DNA of 64,000 bases from Balanoglossus misakiensis (lineage: Eukaryota > Animalia > Hemichordata), in assembly GCA_040954595.2 (NCBI GenBank), contig CM082593.2, positions 6,665,579-6,729,578 of the forward strand, given 5' to 3'. The notes beneath the pieces are model-generated. The model did no database searches and was not told the DNA's origin. It saw only the letters and a list, made by a program, of their open reading frames with translations. Shown in pieces: positions 24,901 through 38,445 of this stretch. Position numbers and translations under genes: made by a program. Numbering within the stretch: the stretch's first letter is position 1; the number at the start of each line of letters is the position of its first letter.

Positions 24901-27900
24901 TGTTCCTCCAGTCGGTCCATGATCCAAGTAAGTAAGCGTCACTGTAAATCAACTCTTTCCATGAAATTCCAGATTTTTGTACTTTTTGTATTTGATGTTT
25001 TACTGAACTCTCTCTCTCTCTCTCTCTCAATTTCTAAAACAGAAACAAGATCATCCAAGTACACTCAGTTCTCGCCAAGGCAACCTAGCAATTCCGACAC
25101 AACTATTAAAAATGAGGTAAACATCGTACATTGGTGACTTGGCATTTTTCCATGTCTTCTGCTAAACTAGCCATGATATGGCGAAGGCCTTGTTTTATGA
25201 TACATTTGGATTATATATACTTGTCAAGAATACATGTAATGAGAAAATCCATATCACACAGAAATGACTGTGTCTCTTACAGTTCCTATAACACAAATAT
25301 TCCAACGCAACTCTCCCATTGTCCTCTCCCAACAGTATGTCAGCCTCAGCTTTGACGGCACGACCGGATTACTGAAATCCATGACAGACCTTGTCTCCCA
25401 GAGAGTCCTTTCCGTCAGCCAGTCATTCCATTGGTACAACAGCAGCAGTGGGAATAACGCGGATGATCAACCATCCGGAGCGTACATATTCCGTCCAAAT
25501 CAAACTGATCCTTTCCCGCTGTTCCACGATTCGGTCCAAATGCAAGTTGTTCAGGTACGAAGGGTCTTCTGTGATGATAATAGTCAATGAACTAGGGGGT
25601 ATGATTCGGTCGGACTGTACGATGTCACATTTTAAAAAATCAGAAAAAAAAAAGGCAAAGTTTTCTCCCAGTTTTGAAGCAGACCAGATATTACACAATC
25701 ACTGCTTATTACTTGTCTAAAGATCAAATCTCAAACTAGAAAAATCCAAATCTCAGCTTTTTCCCTCTTTGCTATGGACCTCTTTTCTACAATCTCATAT
25801 TTTTTGTTTACAGGGAGATTTAGTGCAAGAAGTCCACCAGCAGTTTACACCTTGGGTCAGCCAGGTCGTTAGGTTATATAAAGGTCAGCGGCAAGCAGAG
25901 TTTGAGTGGACAGTTGGACCAATACCATTCAAGTAAGTTCACGTACTGTGGGTGTACCCTTTCACCACTATGGTTCAGTCCAAACCCATTGTTTTCTATA
26001 TGGTCAGGTTGGACCTCTAAAGAGGGAACCGGGGGTGAAAGGGTTAACGTATGAGTGTTCACAGTTGCTCTCCAATAGTTGACATGAAACAAAAGGAGCT
26101 CACAAAGTTTTAATGGAAATGTGTCAAACAGGTATGTATGTTGAAAGACTCATTGGTTCATGATGTCATTGATGTTATTGACAGATCTAATCTTTAATGT
26201 TTCATAATTTTGTTGTTGTTTTTTGACAGAGACGGACTTGGGAAAGAAATCATCAGCAGATTCGATACAAAACTGGATACAAATAAAATATTTTACACCG
26301 ATGCCAATGGAAGACAGATGCTAAAGAGAATGTAAGTAGCAAGACGTTTTGTTAACTTTGATGCCTTTGATTCAAACTCAAATCTTGAGGCATGGACTTT
26401 TCATATCATAATATTAACCAGTACATATCCTATTTACAGCCGTGATCATAGAGACACATGGCAGTACAACAATACAGAGCCCGTGGCTGGAAACTACTAC
26501 CCTGTAAACAGTCGAATGTACGTGAAGGTAAGTCACATCGTAGCTTGCAATGTATTTGCCCATACAATGGACACATCCCACCATCTGAAACATAGTTATC
26601 AGGTGAGACTGACAACATTACACTGTACATTTTAACGTTTCCTTTCAGGATTCCAATCTACAGTTGACTGTGCTGACTGACAGATCTCTGGGCGGTAGCA
26701 GTATGAAAGATGGTTCGCTCGAATTAATGGTAACTATTTTTGTCTTCCCTCCGAAATTTGTGATAACGATTTGCAGTTTTATACACAAAAGTCTAGTCAG
26801 GACATACAACATTTTCGAGTGGAAGAAATTCTGTTTATGGTTACATGAAACAATTAACCAAATTCACTCTCTTGTAGGTTCATCGTCGCATGTTTTGGGA
26901 CGACCATTACGGCGTAGGCGAAGCACTGAATGAGACGGGACAGTTTGGTGACGGTTTGATTGTGAGAGGCAAGATGTACACCCTGGTTGCACCACCAGAG
27001 AAGTCGGCCATTTTGCATCGTGACCTCGGAGAGAAACTGTACATGGCACCATGGGTATCTTTCACTTCCATGGTATCAGATTGGGGTAAAAAGTTCAATA
27101 CTAGGGTACGTTCTGTTCTTTTCTAAATCATTTCTTTATTTTAGTTTATGTTAAGCACGTTTTCCTTACAGTGAACTGAAAAAAAATCAACTAATATTGA
27201 CTTGTCTGTTGTCAAAATGTTTTCTTTCCTGTCCTTTGCTCTGTTGACGTTGTCTAAAATGGTCTCTAAGTCTCCATGGTGATCTTATATTGATACAATA
27301 CCGTATGATGCATGACAAGAAGTGGCCTCCCAATAACACTAAATTACATATGCTTTCTGATTTTCTTTCTTGTGCAGTATTCAGCGTTGAAACATGAACT
27401 TCCAGCCAACGTTCACCTTTTAACCTTAGAGCACTGGGACAACAACGGCCAGCTGTTGAGATTGGAACACCAGTACGAGAAAGGGGAAGATGCCAACATG
27501 TCCCAACCCGTCACTGTCTCCCTCAAGGTTTGTAGATTTTAGATATTTTTTTTCAGTACAGTCAAACCTGTGTTAGTGGCCACCTCTATATAGTGGCCAT
27601 TTTTTACGGTCCCTGTGCAATAAACATGTCTATAATGGCTACCATGTATATAAAGGCCAGTTTAGGAAAGTCCCTTGACTGGCCACTATAGACAGGTTTG
27701 ACTGTATTTTGATGGTTATAGACTAATCATGCAGCGTGATGAAAAACGTATTCCATGATTGGTTTTGAGTGACATTGAATCGTTTCTTATCTTGACTTCT
27801 TCACAGGATCTGTTTGCTCCGTTTGAAATCACCATTGTGGAGGAGGTGAATTTAGGAGCGAATCAGTTCCAGAAAGATGTGAAACGACTTCACTGGGTTA

Positions 27901-28224
27901 CTGTCGATGACATCGATAGACAAACAGGTATGTATGCCATGGTGTGCTTTGTCCCACATCATCTAGCCAGTCGAACTTTTAATTTTTTTGTGAATGATTG
28001 TAATGCCAACTTGTTGAGTATACATGTATATTTGAAGAGATTGAGGCGTTACATCTGTTACATGTGTAAAATTGAATCATTCATTTCCTGTCTTGTTGGC
28101 TTTCAATGTGTATTTTAATTTCCTTTCCACAGGTCCCAACTTTGAACCGCTGAACGACAGCATGGATGTCACACTTCAACCATTTGATATCAGAACCTTC
28201 AGGATCTTCGTCAAGAGGGGTTAG
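18530..28224 (+). CDS. MAN2B1: Lysosomal alpha-mannosidase (GH38), 25 coding exons per isoform, ~1002 aa
   Basis: Exons: 18530-18619, 19304-19406, 20212-20385, 20812-21005, [21505-21708 or 21726-21929], 22435-22506, 22628-22744, 22874-23074, 23227-23296, 23481-23520, 23748-23817, 24010-24132, 24287-24406 (GC donor), 24561-24684, 24895-24927, 25043-25116, 25336-25554, 25814-25932, 26230-26331, 26440-26527, 26649-26729, 26878-27105, 27378-27527, 27807-27927, 28133-28224 (TAG); 3009 nt, phases consistent. Motifs: signal peptide, [21 protein letters not shown] (nucleophile), MGSDF (acid/base), [38 protein letters not shown]. Confidence 0.96.
18930..18993. repeat. Compound microsatellite (ATG)n(GGT)n
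   Basis: Directly visible in MAN2B1 intron 1. Confidence 0.95.
21505..21708 (+). CDS. MAN2B1: MAN2B1 alternative exon 5a ([13 protein letters not shown]...[22 protein letters not shown])
   Basis: 204 nt, phase 0/0, ttgcag acceptor, GT donor, open frame. Confidence 0.9.
21726..21929 (+). CDS. MAN2B1: MAN2B1 alternative exon 5b ([13 protein letters not shown]...[22 protein letters not shown])
   Basis: 204 nt, phase 0/0, tttcag acceptor, GT donor; aligns without gaps to exon 5a and lies 17 nt downstream of it. Confidence 0.9.
23701..23743. repeat. (TTTTG)n microsatellite serving as polypyrimidine tract
   Basis: Eight or more units directly before the 23748 acceptor. Confidence 0.95.
25957..26043. 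mobile_element. ~85-bp micro-MITE copy
   Basis: ccctttcacc...ggtgaaaggg-ttaa in a MAN2B1 intron. Confidence 0.75.
27559..27704. mobile_element. Tc1/mariner(pogo)-type MITE
   Basis: ta-cagtcaaacctgt ... acaggtttgactg-ta; partial inverted relative at ~20440-20550. Confidence 0.75.
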
Positions 28225-31200
28225 CATTGTGAGACCAATACCCCCTAGAGGGTACCCATTATTGGCAGTTACAGTTCTAGATCCATCCAGCATTGCAAAT
28301 ATTATGTATTTTATTTTGTAAATTACAGAAGATATGGGAAACCTTAATCCAGCTGGAGGGGAAAAAGTGTCAAGTTTTGTAAACATTTCGGAGCAATACA
28401 TACAAAGCTTAAAATTCATATTGAGTGAAACTTATACTTAGTGCATTAAACAACAAATGAATTTTGAATGTTTGGTTCCCTCATGTGGAAACGTTTTTTT
28501 TTTATTATCCTGAACAGGAAATGTGCTTTTTTGACACTGAACTGTAAACTTTTTAAGTTACATCTGTGCTTAAACCTTAATTACCTTCACGTAAGAATTG
28601 TGAGGTAGTTATACATGCAAAAAAAGTTAATATTTTGCTTAGCAAAATTTGGGTGTAATTTTAGTTGGTTGATGTGATTTGGAATTTGCATGTGTGGGCC
28701 GACCACTTTGGGTGAAGGATGAACCGCCTGACAGTTTGGTATGCTTTGAATTTTAGATTTGAAAGATTATTTGTGATACAGTCAGGGTACTGTATGAACT
28801 CTTCGGACCTTTACTTGCATTTAATTGCCTTAAAACTGTCAGGTGTCGTACAAGTCCGAATCTTTCCATCACAGGAAGTTTTCGTGCTAAATCGTATCTT
28901 CAACTTCAAAAAGTTGGTAAGATTTTGAGACATTTGTGTCAAATTTTGTGATTAAACCTTGGTATATTTTTCAAAGCCAGAATAGTGTCCATTTTTATGG
29001 TCACATTTACGTAGTCTTCCAGAGTTTGATTGGTCCTTGCAAAAATAGTGTCGTCTGCCCTCTAGGGGCACCATGTTGTCTGCAGCATGTGATCTGTATC
29101 ACTTAACGCGCCTGGTGTCTATTTACGTCAGGCAGACCTACTCAGAGATTGTATAAGTTTTATTTTATACTCTGTGCAGAAGAAGCTGATATGTACTCAG
29201 GAGTTCTAGAGAAGACAGAAAAGTCAGAGGTTTATTGTGTGGGGGATGGAAGCAACCAACTCCGAAGGGAGCACTGTAGTTGACAGCTCTTATAATAGAA
29301 ATGCATGTAGTTTCCACTATACTATAAAGAGCTCGAGCTGTCAATGGTTCTGTCTGTGACCAACTCAGGGTGGTTGAACAACCTCTATGGTTCACATAGA
29401 AATTTCAACACACAAGAAAGGGACGAGTTACTGGTAGATTTTGCTGGGGATTTTTATTTGAAAGGGTGAAATAGAATAAACTATTACTGAAGCAGACTTT
29501 TTTTCACACTGAACTGCATGGTGTTGTGTGGGCATAGTAGGTCATTGGTCAAACCATTGGAAATGTGTGCCCCCTAGTCTAGTGTAGAGAAGTGAAAAAT
29601 ATTTTCATGTTTCTTTTTGGCTACTTTTGGTTGATTTTGGAGAAGTCCAAACTGTAGTTACAGACTGATGACCTTAATTTATTGTAATTTATGCACTGAT
29701 GTGTGAATTTTGTAGTCTGTTGTGTATTAAAAGGAGGCAGAGAATAAAATAGGAATTTTAAATATTCCCATTGTGTTTCATTGACCATAGCTGCATAAAA
29801 TAGTTGAAATTTTCTTCATATCAGCGAAGAACATCTCATGACCAACCGTGTGAATTCAGAAGAATGAAAGGCCGAATACAGGCCATATTTCGTGAATAAC
29901 CCTATCTTTTACATACTGCTGTCCAGATTCTCAACTCAAATTCCAAAAGTCAGGGAGGGCATCATCTACATAGTCTCCAGCGGCAAAAATCACAAAGCCC
30001 AGAATGTATTGATCCCATCTTTTTTGCACTCACCAAAATTGACATCACAGAGAAATTTATAAACAATTCAAAGGTTTACACCCTTGTACACACACTCGTA
30101 AATTCACAAACATGAACACAGAGCTGTGGTATCATCAAGGCATTTTCTAGGAATTTTTATTTTTCTTTCAAAAAAAAAAATGTGCCGCCAGACATAGCTG
30201 ATAATGGGACACAATTAACTTACCACATTACACTGAAGTAAGAAAATAAGCTCGGCAAGAGATGTTGAACAAGAATTTTTATCAACTTAATCCAACAACA
30301 CTGACAGAAGTCACATTTTGTCGAACCGACCTATTTGTGGGTTCTCTTTTTTTCTTCTTTTTTTTTGGAAAATGTGGCCCCTGTACGAGACATACATATA
30401 GACAAACACTGAACAGCAGTTTTAGAGTTTTTAGAAGACAGTTTTTGAATTTTCAACTAGAGCAGAGTTTAATAATTAGCAAAATATTGTGATCAGAAAT
30501 TTTGTACAGTCGGGTAAAATGTTATGAAACTTCTTAATCAGAGCAACTTCAGAGCTATGTGCGTTGAAGAAAGTAGTTTGGAAATAAGTTTTTTTACTGT
30601 TTTTGGTTCTTTATTTCAGGTTGGCACTTACAACTATGAAGTGAATTTTTGGGAAAGGTGACAATCGTAAGAGTGTTTGAATCTCAATCATAATTCAAGG
30701 GATTTGGGGAACATGCCATGTGTGGGTTTCATCTACAATTTATAATTTATGCACACACAATGAAGCACAGAAACGAAGATCTGCATATTCTCACCCCTAG
30801 TCCTGTTAAATGGACACACAAACTCATAAATATCAATACAGGACCACTATTAAAGGTCCGTGAAGAGAAGGGGGGTCAAATGGAACAGCCACTTTCTTTG
30901 AAAGCAGGGGGGTGCCAACAAAAACCAGAACACCACACATGGCACTTGAAATATGGGAGGGGGGCAAAAAACTGCCAAAATCTTGAATACGACTGCCTCT
31001 TTCTAAAAAAAAAAGGTACAATAGCACTTTACAAATTGCATATTATCTCCATTTTCTTCCTAATGAAGTATTCATGCCCCGTGTTAAGTTACGCAATTTT
31101 CACGAACTTTGTCAATAAAGTTCACACACCAGATTCTGATATTTGTTTTTAAAAACTTCAGGCACAAAAAAACACCACTTCTATTCATATTGACCTCTGA

Positions 31201-32480
31201 CCTTGACGTCCGAAGAGAAATCACACCTCCGGAAGAGAATTTCTTTTCCTGTTAGGAATTTATTTTAAAGTCACGGTTACATTAATAAAGTCATTGCAAA
31301 GGCTTTTTTTTCAACAACAAAAAAATTAACTACAAATGTTCAAATACGTTAAGATTACTTTTACAGCTTTTCAGGAAAAAAAAAAATCCTACACATAAAC
31401 CTTGCAAAAGAACGAAAAAAAGAAAATATTTTTTTCACCACACGCATTCTTCACATAAGAATATTTTTTGGCATTTACCTGAGAACTACAGTGACAGTAA
31501 TTACAGTCATAGTGATAACAGGCTTTTCAGGACTTCACGAGAACAAGTCCACATATGAAGGACTTGGCCCCCTCCATAAGGCATATTCACACCAACAGTG
31601 CCACGCACATAATCTGCTATCACAGACAGACCACCCCCCTCCCCTTTTCGTTCGCGTATCCCTCAAAAAAGGGACAACTTCACACATTTACAACAAATAC
31701 GTGTTTTTTTTCTCAAAAAATAAGGGCAGAGGCAGAGGAGCGTCGTACACACACAAAAAAAATCTAAATCAGCATCGGTGTCTTTGTTTTTACTCCAGAC
31801 AAAACAAAAGGTGTTAAAGACAACGAGTAAATGAAAAAAGAAAACACTGATGTTTGTTTTTTCTAAACCAATTTAAATGTTTTACATTAATTTTTTCGCA
31901 ATTCCTGGATTGCTTGTGTATGCAATTCTGATAGCGAGTCAACATCATTAAGACTGAAGTTTTTTCGTTTTTCTCCCGGCCCCGAAGTACTATGCTTGCT
32001 ACAAGCAAACTTTCATTGTGAAAACAGAACTGTATTACCTTTCTCAAAAACAAACTCATGGCAGCTAAAATTGCACTGAAATTGTACATGGACAAGTTTC
32101 CTTTTTTAAGTATACAAATGCTAAATTTTTACAAAAAATGGATTATTTTTAGAATTATTTTTTTATAAAGACAGCCGGTTGCTGCAATATATATCTACAT
32201 AATTTCGCTACAGGAATACAACACTATTCTACAATAAACATTTACCACTTCTGTCCCCAAATTTGCCACGTCTCTCGCTTGTCACTATTAGCCTTATTTG
32301 ACCTCGGATACAGAAAAACACACAAGAAAGTTTGCTTTGATGCAGGCATCCAGAATATAACAAAAATAAAGATATGTATATAATATATAAAAAAGTGAAG
32401 AGTCTTCTATCAGAATTGCATCACATTATTTGAAAGCACCAAATATACATTACAGAATTTTTAACTGTGTATCATCCAAT

Positions 32481-35400
32481 CTAACGACGGGCATTGAATC
32501 TGTTACCACCACCACCGCCACCACCACCACCACCCCCTCCTCCGCCCCCTTTGTTGACTCCCCCCCCTACCCCGCTGCCCCTCCCACCACCCCTGCCACC
32601 ACCACCACCCTGGGGACCACCCATGCCACGTCCCGTACCCATGGGACGGGCGTCGCCAGGTTTGCCGCCGCGGCTGTCGTTGCGCGAAGCCCGGGCTTTC
32701 TTCTCTTCCACGTTCAAACGATGGTCACCTCTGAACATAATAGGCTGCAAAAAGATTGAGAAGCAAAGACTTGTAAGAACTTATCAATTCATTAAGAAAA
32801 GACTGCCTTCTAGGCTTAGTACAAGTACCTATTTGAGAAACTTGATTGTTATTCTGGACTATCAAACATGCAGGGTCCATCACCGTTTCCAAAATCATAT
32901 GAACAGGCCAGTCTCAAACTGTCCATAGAGACTAATTATCCTTACAACAACACCATGAAAGTCTAAACCCTATACCGCCATGGTTTGGTCCAAATCCATT
33001 GTCTTCTATGGCAAAGTTGGACCTCTATACAGGCAATTGGGTTAATTCGAAGTGAACTGACCTTCAGACCATGTTGAATATGCACACAAATATTCCAAAA
33101 TTACTTACTTTTTCACTGAGAATGCGCTGAACTGATGTAGGATCATCAAACACGATAAATCCAAAGTTGGGCACCTTGCCGCCACCGCTTTTTGTGTTTA
33201 TTCTCATCTCAACAACATTTCCATATTCTGAAACGTGAATAACAGAAATCCATGTTAGTCTTAAAATAAGTACATGTACATATTATTAGCAAGGCACTGA
33301 ATGTATACTATCACCAGTGCGAATTTAGTCACAGATACTACAGGAAGTGGATGGTTTATATAGGTTTATAATTCCCTTGTCAAATACAATTATCAACAAA
33401 TGTCGTAGTGTGATTTGTGACACACTTTATATTGTGTGCTGTAATATAGTAACTGTCATCTGCAGTCTGCTTTTACCCTCATGGCCAGTCAATGTTCGCA
33501 TAATTTTTCCCCCTCTCAGAGAACAACAGCACCGTACTTACCCATAAAATGGTTTTTGAGTTCATCTTCGTTGATATCCTGGGGCAGATTTCCAACGAAG
33601 ACCTGGTTGCTGTCCGGATATCTGGGTCCTCGTCTGGGCTCTGTCATACCGCCCTCACCAGTGCCGCCCGTGGGCGTACCCCTGCCCGTGCCGCGTCCAC
33701 CCGCCCTCGGTGCCCGTTGGGGGAGAGGTTCCGGGCGACCAATCCCACCCTCGACCACCTTATTCTGGTCTTTCGATGGGGGAGACACAGGCTACAGAAT
33801 AAACAAGGCAACAAACAAGGTCAGTATTGGTAGACTCAGATTCAGAGTAAACTACTCAACCAATCAGAAAGCAGCTGTCAACAGTTATGCATTCAGATAT
33901 CCACACTGTCTTCTGTATTAAGCACTCCGATTGGATTGAGATTTTATATGGCACACAGGTTCAGATATAGACAGGCATACATCCAAGAACAGAAAAGTAA
34001 AGAATGCGCATCTCAGTACACCACAGCTCAGTTTCCATGACAACACACTCACCTGTTGCGGAATCGGTTTTATAACTGGGGTAGGTCCTTGAACAATCGG
34101 CGAATTGCTCTGTGTGTTTTGACGGGCAACATCTGCCCAATTTTTAGGTGCTTTGGGGTTTTCTGAAAAGAAAGAAAGACAGTGTTAATAGCCATTGAAG
34201 ATACGTTCGTGCCTCACACCTTAAATTCAATTAACTGCACTTTGTTGTGTCGCATCTCACTGATTCATTTAAACAGCCGGCATTCGATTGGTCGATCCAG
34301 AGGACACTTCAATTGTGAACACCTGATTGGCGAAAACCAACATGACACACCATCGCAAACCAAGCCATTTCAGGCCCCAATTTTCAATGACATACATGGA
34401 TATGAGGCCTAAATAATGCAGGAGGCGACACAGCATGATCGGACTTACCAAGTTCTTGTTGTTGTTCATCTCTGATGGGCGATATCCTTCCAGTGTGGTT
34501 CTCATCCACCGTTTGGACGACCACCGCGCTCGGCTGCGTGATCGACTCCGGTTGCGTCGCCGGGGCCGGCTGACTGTCCATCCCCGTCGTCGAGCCGGCC
34601 ATGGGAGTTGGCGAGGGCGCCGTCTGCGTCGTCGTTGGGCTCAGGTCAACAATCTCCTCCGTCTCCGCGGGCTTCGCAACAACTGGAACCGGTTGTGAGT
34701 TATCTTCCACAGTGCCATTGCTGCAGAGTAATTATTTTCACAGTGTAAGGGTGGTACCCAGGTAAATGTTACCAGGGTTCCCCCAGTCATTTTACCGGAG
34801 TTCCCCTTGGTATATCAATGCAGTCATATTAGTAGATAGCAGAAGCGTTACTGGGGTTCCAGAGTCCTTTACTAGTGTTCCCCAGCCTTAACAAATACAC
34901 TGATTTCACTTAATGTAAATAATCTACACTGCCACCATCGAGCAGCAGGGCTAACCGCTCGTTAGAAACACAATAACGAAAATGACAGATGTACAAACTC
35001 TCGAGTTATGACTTGGTCGATTTTTTATTTCTTACCTGACAGCATGATTGGTGTCATAATAAGAAGTGACGGTCGGATCCTGGACAGCTTCCACTGGTGG
35101 AGAATCCAACGACACTTCCTCAGCCTCCCCTTCCGATTCTGAAACGTTCAAAAAAACAACAACAGATAAACATCGGCTTTCCAACACTTGCTTGGATAAC
35201 ACTGCGGTTAACTTGGGGCACCACACAATCCTTCCTCCACAAAACCATTTTTACCCTGAAAAATTTCGACTCATGATATTACCCTGAACACCACTTAGCA
35301 AAATGCATTTTCCCCCTGAGGACAACACTTACCGACAGTTGAGCCTTCCTGATTGTCAGGTTCCTCCTCATCATTGAAGACCTCATCCTGGTACCGGAAG

Positions 35401-37045
35401 ATGTCGTTGTGCACGTAATACTTTTTGGGAGACTGGGGAGCCAACACGAAGGTCTGCATAAACCGTCTCATCGGTTGACCGTTGTTCGAAAGTTCACCCG
35501 TAACCTGGACGACGACCCCCTTGCCCAGCGTGGCGTGGCTGTCCACCTGGCGGATCTTGGCGTGACAGTCCCGGAAATTCAGTGCCATGATCTTCTTGTG
35601 GATATCCTGGAAAACAGAGGACGGAATGTAAGTGGTGACAACACCCTTGCTTTCGACCACTTTGTTGTCGTTGTTGTTAAAGATATGGTTAGAACTCATC
35701 ACCAGGAAAATGGGCTAAATAGATGAAAATATTCTGATAAATTTCTAGACTTACTGCTTGGCCAATCACAGGTTCTTCGTGATCAACACCGCCATGCAAA
35801 AATGAAGAGTTATTGCTGTAAAATCTGTCAAACAAAGAATAACATAGAATACATAGTACATGTAACCATAAGAAATGCATCCTCACACTTCACAAATGAT
35901 ACCAGCAGCTGATGAGCACATGAGCTCAATTTCTCAACAACTGTGCAGTGGCGAAAAATCTAAACCACGGATAGACACAGTGTGAGGGCCCAATCCATGT
36001 TTTTCATATCACAATTATATCAAAGCTTGAATGTATTTTGTACATGTAGAACATTGAAAGCCAGTGACAGGTCTTTTCCAGCATGGCTTCTTGCTCTAAT
36101 CCACACGCCCATGCCCCAGACAGAATTGCCTGGCAACTTCTGATTTGGTAAATCCAATATGGCTTCCTTACTGACCGAGAACCATCTTTTTAATATCAGG
36201 CAAGTGGAAAAATGCTTAGTCACAGCCTCCCCAACCGAATCAAGCATCCCAATCAGATAATCCCCTAAACCACATCTCTCCCTTAAAAACCTTTATAACA
36301 GGCATCTTCTGAAAATTTCCAAAACCATGGCCAGGCCACCCTGCCCAAGATATTTCATTGCATTCTGAAGCCCAGGTTCGATATAAGAACCCTCCCTTCA
36401 CCCTAAGGCATGCTAACCTACTTTCTTGCACGTGAGAGCATGCTAACAGACAACTAATAGGACACGTACATTTGACATTTGTGACCTGTTCAATGTTGAC
36501 ATTTGTTTTGATTTGATAGCACTATCTCACCTCGAGCAAGGTGCATTTGCTATTTATGAGATAAAATTACTCATAAATACATATCAAACCTAATGTCACA
36601 GGTTGAAGAAATTTCTCTGCCCAAACCCTCAACTTTTTTTACTGCAGTTTTCTTATAATATCCATATGCTCGCTTTACCATAGGACAATAAACTAATCCC
36701 TGCCATTACTAAATTACACTAGATCCCTTAGGTATTCTGGGATAACCATTTTGTAAATAATACCATGAAATAATTTTCACTTTTTCACTACTGCCTGATC
36801 ATGTAAATTGAATTATCCTAAATACAGAATATAATGGATCAACAACAGCAGGTGAATTGGATCAAAACACCTCACACCTTGACCGATATATATCGACATA
36901 ATTCACGAACGCGGTCAAATCTTGGTGCTCTATGTGATGTTGGCACTTACCTGTGTAAATGTAGAGGCGCTTCGTTCAGCAGTGTGTAGTACTGTCTGAC
37001 AAACTCGCGTCCTACGCACTCGGGACTTGGAGTTGCCATGACCAT
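32481..37045 (-). CDS. G3BP: Ras GTPase-activating protein-binding protein (G3BP1/2 co-orthologue): NTF2-like + acidic/PxxP + RRM + RGG, ~518 aa
   Basis: Exons 37045-36951, 35824-35755, 35606-35333, 35138-35036, 34720-34449, 34162-34053, 33791-33542, 33227-33109, 32744-32481 (TAG); 1557 nt. [24 protein letters not shown]; [25 protein letters not shown]...[10 protein letters not shown]; [16 protein letters not shown]...[10 protein letters not shown]...RLNVEEKK; Gly/RGG tail. Confidence 0.96.
34741..34901. repeat. Small degenerate TIR element with internal ttac..g.gttcccc repeats
   Basis: cagtgta...tacactg ends and four internal ~15-bp subrepeats. Confidence 0.4.
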
Positions 37046-38189
37046 GACCGATGAACTTTCAAAACTGAAAAGTGAAGTAAGAACGGAGAAATTCAGACGA
37101 GTGAAGACACCGCGCTTTTACTGTCAACTGAAACCGTTCCAAACTCGAGTACTTGTTGAACTGCTGTGCGACAACACGCCTTCCAGAGTTAGATCACAGA
37201 ATCATTTTATGGTTGATATAAATTTCAGCCCCTGAGCTTCGCAGAGATACATGTTCAACATACTTGTTGAAAACTCAAAACATGCAATCTTACATTTGAT
37301 TCTACCCTGAATTACATACATCCTTAATTCCCAACACCAGGCTTCCAAAACAGTGTTGATGAAAATATCACCCCCCCCCCTCCCCCCACACTTTGTGTAG
37401 TCCTCATTCTGACAGAAACACATCCTTGATATTCATTCCCAGTTTCATTGATGCAAATATCTTTGTGAAATGCTGTCTTTGAAAGACAGTGGACTTCTGA
37501 TCGGTCAAATTATATTTTCCCAACTTCTGGACTTTTTTAACAGAGACATTTGCCATCTTTCGATGCTACTTGGATTACGTTTTACAACATAAACCATGTC
37601 ATTCTCACTAGCAGATAGATATACTGACTGTATTGTTGATCATCACGTGGGTCTTCTCTCGATTTAAATTTAAAGATTCTGACATATAAATATTCAATCA
37701 TCATACAACAGACATAATGATGGTTGTTGTCTTGGGCAAAAAATACCCACAACAACAATCTTATTGTATCTAATGATAACAGTCTTGTAAATGTAATCTG
37801 ATTCTACAGTACAGAACAGGTTGTGAGTGTTCAAATAACAGGGAGTCTTCCCCCCAAGGAGAAATCAAATGTTTCTTACATTTCGTGTAATTTGACCATT
37901 CAGAGATGTTGCAAAAGCCCAGAAGCTAGAAATCAAAAAGCATACATATTTCGAAAGGTTAAGGGTCATCAAACTCGAAGCACTGCACATACATTTACTA
38001 TTATCAGAAAGGAAGCCTACAGTACATGTTCACTAATGAGCATATAAGTGCAGATGTACCTTTCCATAATATTCAAGGTTCAAATTTCAATGTTCATGTC
38101 AGTGGTCCGTATCGACTACCTGTTTGAGTGGTCTGAAACGAAATTAGAGGTTTAAGTCCAAAATGTCTTGGATTCACAAAGACATTGGC

Positions 38190-38445
38190 TCTCTATAGAA
38201 ATGGTTTGTCTCAAGCCAATCTCGGAGATCACATGCGATGATCGTGGCATATATAGACAGTGTCGACCGGGATACAGCTTGGGGTAAACAAGTAAAAATC
38301 ACTGAGAAATGTGCATTTATGCCAAGTTGCCGTTAGGATAGAACAGTTCATGTTTACCCCAAAATATATCCCCGTCAACACTGCAACTATATCTCACAAT
38401 TCCACATGATTTCCAGGCCAGCAGAAATACAAACCTTCCCTATAT
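38190..38445. repeat. Degenerate inverted repeat / old MITE
   Basis: cagtgtcgaccgggatacagcttggggtaaaca pairs imperfectly with tgtttaccccaaaatatatccccgtcaacactg, and the flanks continue imperfectly. Confidence 0.5.

Noticed and set aside
25283-25335. Upstream alternative acceptor (cttacag at 25282) for a MAN2B1 exon
   Set aside because: It gives a stop at the third codon (TTC CTA TAA) and is out of frame with the downstream exon.
32494-32928. 144-aa poly-proline ORF on the plus strand (formin/WASP-like look), and the overlapping Thr-rich ORF 32430-32759
   Set aside because: These are the antisense shadow of the G3BP poly-Gly/RGG last exon; no independent gene structure.
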